Notes under the pieces: generated by a model
The model's input: the letters and a program-made list of their open reading frames with translations, nothing else
Told to the model about the DNA's origin: nothing
Databases searched by the model: none
Translations under genes and position numbers: made by a program
Origin: Ramazzottius varieornatus
Lineage: Eukaryota; Animalia; Tardigrada
Assembly (NCBI GenBank): GCA_001949185.1
Contig: BDGG01000001.1
Coordinates: 4,019,624 to 4,083,623 of the forward strand
Direction of reading: 5' to 3'
DNA length: 64,000 nucleotides
Part shown: positions 58,872-64,000 of the stretch, one piece after another
How positions within the stretch are numbered: the first letter of the stretch is position 1
How the letters are laid out: each line of letters opens with the position of its first letter

Positions 58872-61462
58872 TGAAATGCGATAAAAAACATTTATGAGGC
58901 AACCTTTCCATTCTGTTTTTCTCAAGGGAGAAATTTGCCGCTGCCAAAGGGGGCAGTGTTTTAGCCTAGCGGGGACCTTGCGTGATGTTGGAGGCCTCAT
59001 GAGATGCGAGTCATCGATGTTACGTGGCGGCTGTCAATGCTTTTTATATTTCATCTTGTCGTCTTTCATCAAACTATCGATTATAATTGAGGCGGGCCAT
59101 GTTTAGACTAGGTTCTCCAACGAGATCGACGAGGACCAACATGAACACAGAGTATACCCATCCTTTCTAAGCCCGTTCAACAATAGCCTGCATCGATATG
59201 TGTTGCTTTCTCGACAATACACAGATCAATATTCAGAGTACGTATCAGACTTATCGATAGAAGTTAATGTAATTATATCCATCGATGAGTTTTACCTGGT
59301 TGAGGATGACAAGCAGCTTCTTGCTGGCCGAGAAATTTTTATGTCCGGCTCGCGGTCCGCAATCGACACCTTTCGGGTAGAGAGGGAAGGTGGTGGTGAG
59401 GACCTCTTCACCCTTATAAGTGGCTGCTCCTCCCATAGGCATCTGTAAAATGAGAAGATGGACCAATGTGACCGATATTGATTATTCGAGCAAATGTTGT
59501 GGTCGATTTTAATTGGTGTCTAGTGCGAACGACGCTCTCCACCATCACGTCCTGCAGAGCTGGGTTCGTCCTTGGCCCAGGTGAAAGGGCATAGTGCTCG
59601 AGCTGTAGCTTGCCAGCTTGACACATCCATCCAATTTAACCATGTGTTCACCCGCTGGCCGGAAGTAAAATATAATCTGCAAATTACCTGATGTGCCTGC
59701 GCCGAATGGCCTGAAACACCTTTAAGCGAGGCAACTTGAGCTGCCTTCGCTACCATGTTAACACTTGCGCAAATCCAAGCCTCGAGCGTCAAGAGGGGGA
59801 AGAAAAAAGGTAAACCATAACAGGTAACAGCTGCCAGAAAATTAATATTGGCTCTTCGGTAACTGAAACCTATCGATATGATCAAGCTTGAGTCTCAGTG
59901 TAGGGATCAGGTCTCCCTCTTGAGGAGTGTATCGGTCTACCTGGATGAACAGGGAGCTTGTCGGAGGAACTCGGCTGCTTTAGTTAGGCTTATGTCAGCC
60001 CAAGCTACAGAGGATCTCTTCATTATCGCAGCAGTGAAGTGTCACGTCGAGAAAATTATGTTGCGTGACGTCAATCATATTTTCGAGACCTCAACGATCG
60101 ATAATAATCAGTCGGATGTGCTGTAGCTTGGGCTCCTCGTTTCCTAAGTGGATGCGAAATTGCGGGTACCTTTCCGGCAGGTGTGGCTTGCTAGACAGAA
60201 AGAGCAAAGTCTGTGCGTTGCAAAATGGCTTCTTGAAAGGTCGTCGCGGCAATCTGACATTCAAGCGCCCTCACGAAACTCGTTCATATCACAACGTTCT
60301 TAAAGCGGCAAATACTCGTGGTGGAAAAATTAGGTACCCGAAAACTTAGGGGCCTCCATGAAAGGTCAAACGTTGGGGCAGGACTATTCGCGCTTTGAGC
60401 GCTTGGAATGTTCTGCTTTAAAGTTTCTGAGTCCTTGTAGGTTCTGGCGTCAAACATGTCGTCCAAAGCTACGTCTCTCCTTATGAAACAAATTAGCCAC
60501 GACAAAAAAAACAAGATCCATGGAAATGGAAGCTAGTTGGACCAACTTGAGAGTTTGACCAGAACTTCAGCACGAGGGTTAGGTAATTTTGGACTGAGAA
60601 GTATTACTTACTTTCAGGCGGTTTGTGGTCCGAATTCAGATAGTTGATGTGGGAGAAAGGGCGAGCAGACTTTTGCAGAATGGTGTGAATTAGTTCACGG
60701 CAAAGTGTATAATTAAGAAGGCCGACCGAGGTTGAGAAACAACAAGATTGCTTTTCCTGTGGGAAAGGCGAGACCATCCGGGTGAGCTTCTCCGCACCGT
60801 GCTCTTCGCATCGACACCTTCGAGTGCAGAGAGACTGACGGCAGGAGGTCCTTGCGTGGGTTTCTGGAGATGTACCGTGACAAACAGTGCGGTTAGTTGT
60901 TATACTGCTTCCGCTGGTTGGTCGGCTCCAGCAAAGGCACGGTTGACTCAAGCGTGTAATAAAATAATATTGTTAGCGCATTAGCCCAAAAGCGCAGCTG
61001 GGTCCGGGGACGATGATGAGAAAAGCCCAGCTTGTACAGGTGTGACCTTCCGCGCTCTTCGTGTTTCCTCTCCTGCAGGTAGTAGCGGAGCGGGAAAAAA
61101 ATCAATGGCGTCTCTGTGCAGGAGCCCGTTATTCCCTTATTGCTTTCACCTTATAGCATTAGCTGTGGTGAGTGCGTGGCGGTACCGTGAGAATTTGCAG
61201 ATTTCCCGCTCGAGTCCTTCCATACATCTGAATTTACACACCTGGGATCAACAGAACCTAGTTTGTATCACTTACGGCTCTTTTGACTATATGGTTCTGA
61301 GGATGATTCTTACGAAACAGAATTTGAATCCAGGCCTAGGGGAACTGTTCACCGTGAACAAGACCAGATTCAGTATTTTGAGGCATGAATGCGTGAGCAC
61401 TAATCATAATCGAATTTTGAGTCACACAGAGCTCCTCCAAAGGCCACGAAAAGCTACATAGC

Positions 61463-62273
61463 CTAACCGTTTAGGATTGAACCGCCGTTGATGTGAATAG
61501 TTTGACCAGTGATCTAGCTCGAGTCAAAGGAAGCGAGAAAAACATACGCAGGTCCCAGTTCGCAAATCTCGCCTGGTCTTTTCATCGGTGCGTCCATGCC
61601 ATATTGCGCCACGTTTTCTGCGGTTTGAAACGCAGCTAAAATCAGACAAACGCCCGTCAGTAAAGTTTGACAGAAAAGCTCTTGCGGATACCGACCTGGG
61701 ATGAGAGGAGTCCAGAGAGGCCCAGGAGCCACGGCATTGACTCGAATGCCTTTCTCAACCAGGTTACTCGACAGCGAACGGGTGAAGGCAACAACAGCTC
61801 CCTCTGAGGCGGAATAGTCCGCCGCACCCTTGCTTCCTCGATACGCGCCAATAGACGCGGTGTTGATGACGACGTCGCTTCTCTTCATCTGTTTGACTGC
61901 GGCTTGAGAAAGATAGAACATGAGGGTGCTGACATCGGCCTGACAAAGGCGTAGAATTTCCTGCCGCGTCCTCCATTTCTTCCGGTAGACAGGCAATGGC
62001 CACGTCAGGTCCTTCCAGACAGTAATGGATGGCCACGGACCATCCGATGCCCGAGTCTCCTCCAGTAATCAGAGCCACTTTGCCAAGGAGTTTGCCGGCC
62101 GGCTTGTAGAAGGGCGAGTAGGGAATCGGCTTAACGATCATGTCCTTCTCTAATCCCGGCTGATAATCCTGTTTCTCGGCGCCATGTTGCCGGCTCTCCA
62201 TGCTGCGGGCAGCTGCGATAGTGGCCAGCGCCACAAGAAGGACTGCAGTGGGAAGGAATTTGGCGACAAGCAT
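61463..62273 (-). pseudogene. Short-chain dehydrogenase of the bacterial YhdF/YdaD/YghA (glucose/ribitol dehydrogenase-like) subfamily with signal peptide; pseudogenised
   Basis: QPGLEKDM..KP..YKPAGKLLGKVALITGGDSGIG is the subfamily signature; GIRVNAVAPGPLWTPLIP and ITGQTIHINGG are also present. Lesions: internal deletion plus frameshift near 61950, catalytic YxxxK changed to YSASE, and premature TAG at 61514. A 60-bp GT-AG intron lies at 61636-61695. Confidence 0.85.
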
Positions 62274-62504
62274 CTTGGGCGTGGCTGGGTATCGCGAACT
62301 CTTGCCACCAGGCAGCCCTGTGAACCGATTTTGCTAGACAATTTCTCTAATATTTGTGTTCTTCTTATATACCGAAGTACGGATGTTTTTTTATGGGACG
62401 ATGGGATAATTTCGTCGGCAGAAGTTTGCCGCTGGCAATTAACCGGTTTGCGGGTGTGTCTGTCACTTCTAGAGAACAGCGATCTTACGCTCCGATTTAC
62501 GCTC

Positions 62505-62544
62505 CGCAAGCGGACCCTCGACAGTCGTCGAGGGTCCGCTTGCG
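62505..62544. repeat. Perfect 18-bp GC-rich inverted repeat with 4-nt loop
   Basis: cgcaagcggaccctcgac-agtc-gtcgagggtccgcttgcg. Confidence 0.95.
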
Positions 62545-62896
62545 CCGTGGGGCTCATCACTCGAGGGTACCCGGAACCATCTGTGGATCCAGCTTTAGGA
62601 CCATTCTGTGAAGTTGACAGATGTTCGTTGCTGGGTAGACATTTCCTTTGTTCGCGGACATTTCGTGGAACGTGGACTCATGCTCTCTGACATTATGGTC
62701 TGCTTATCCTGTTCGCTTTCAACGCACATGTGAGAAGGCACTTATTCGCTTGTCTGCCGTTGTACCTTCGCGCGTCTACGAGTCTTATCGCACTATCACC
62801 ATGCATTATGGCTTAAGGTAATTTCAATGTCAAAGTTGGTGCCTTGCTAGTCGTGGACGATATGTTCGACTTTCTTCTGAAGCTCAATTGTACTAA

Positions 62897-64000
<1,104 letters not shown>

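Overview
Eukaryotic (invertebrate animal) genomic DNA from a compact genome with short, mostly 55-200 bp GT-AG introns. Gene content and compactness suggest an ecdysozoan, possibly a tardigrade (inference only). Spliced by hand, the window holds about 18 genes or pseudogenes: a decayed TopBP1-like BRCT0-2 + RING gene, a chitin-binding (peritrophin-A) gene, a frameshifted class A GPCR, Distal-less, a lifeguard/TMBIM gene, a LOTUS-like domain gene, a clip-domain serine protease homolog, a small secreted orphan, Gli/cubitus interruptus, TUT1/Star-PAP, an RRM/Gly-rich/zinc-knuckle gene, Cfp1/CXXC1, an orphan, an intronless FBXW10-like WD40 gene, OMA1, a receptor guanylate cyclase, a bacterial-type SDR pseudogene with a signal peptide, and a polyamine oxidase-like gene cut by the window end. 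The most striking non-coding signal is a dispersed ~100-140 bp palindromic element found 12 times (8 in introns). Its core is CAAGTGGCGCAC-N25-GTGCGCCACTTG, and both the core and its 25-nt spacing are better conserved than the element ends. Protein-level oddities: Ci lacks the SYGHL Sufu-binding motif, Cfp1 lacks the CXXC domain, and TopBP1-type BRCTs appear joined to a RING finger. No tRNA, rRNA or CRISPR was recognised. All homology calls come from motif recognition, not database searches.
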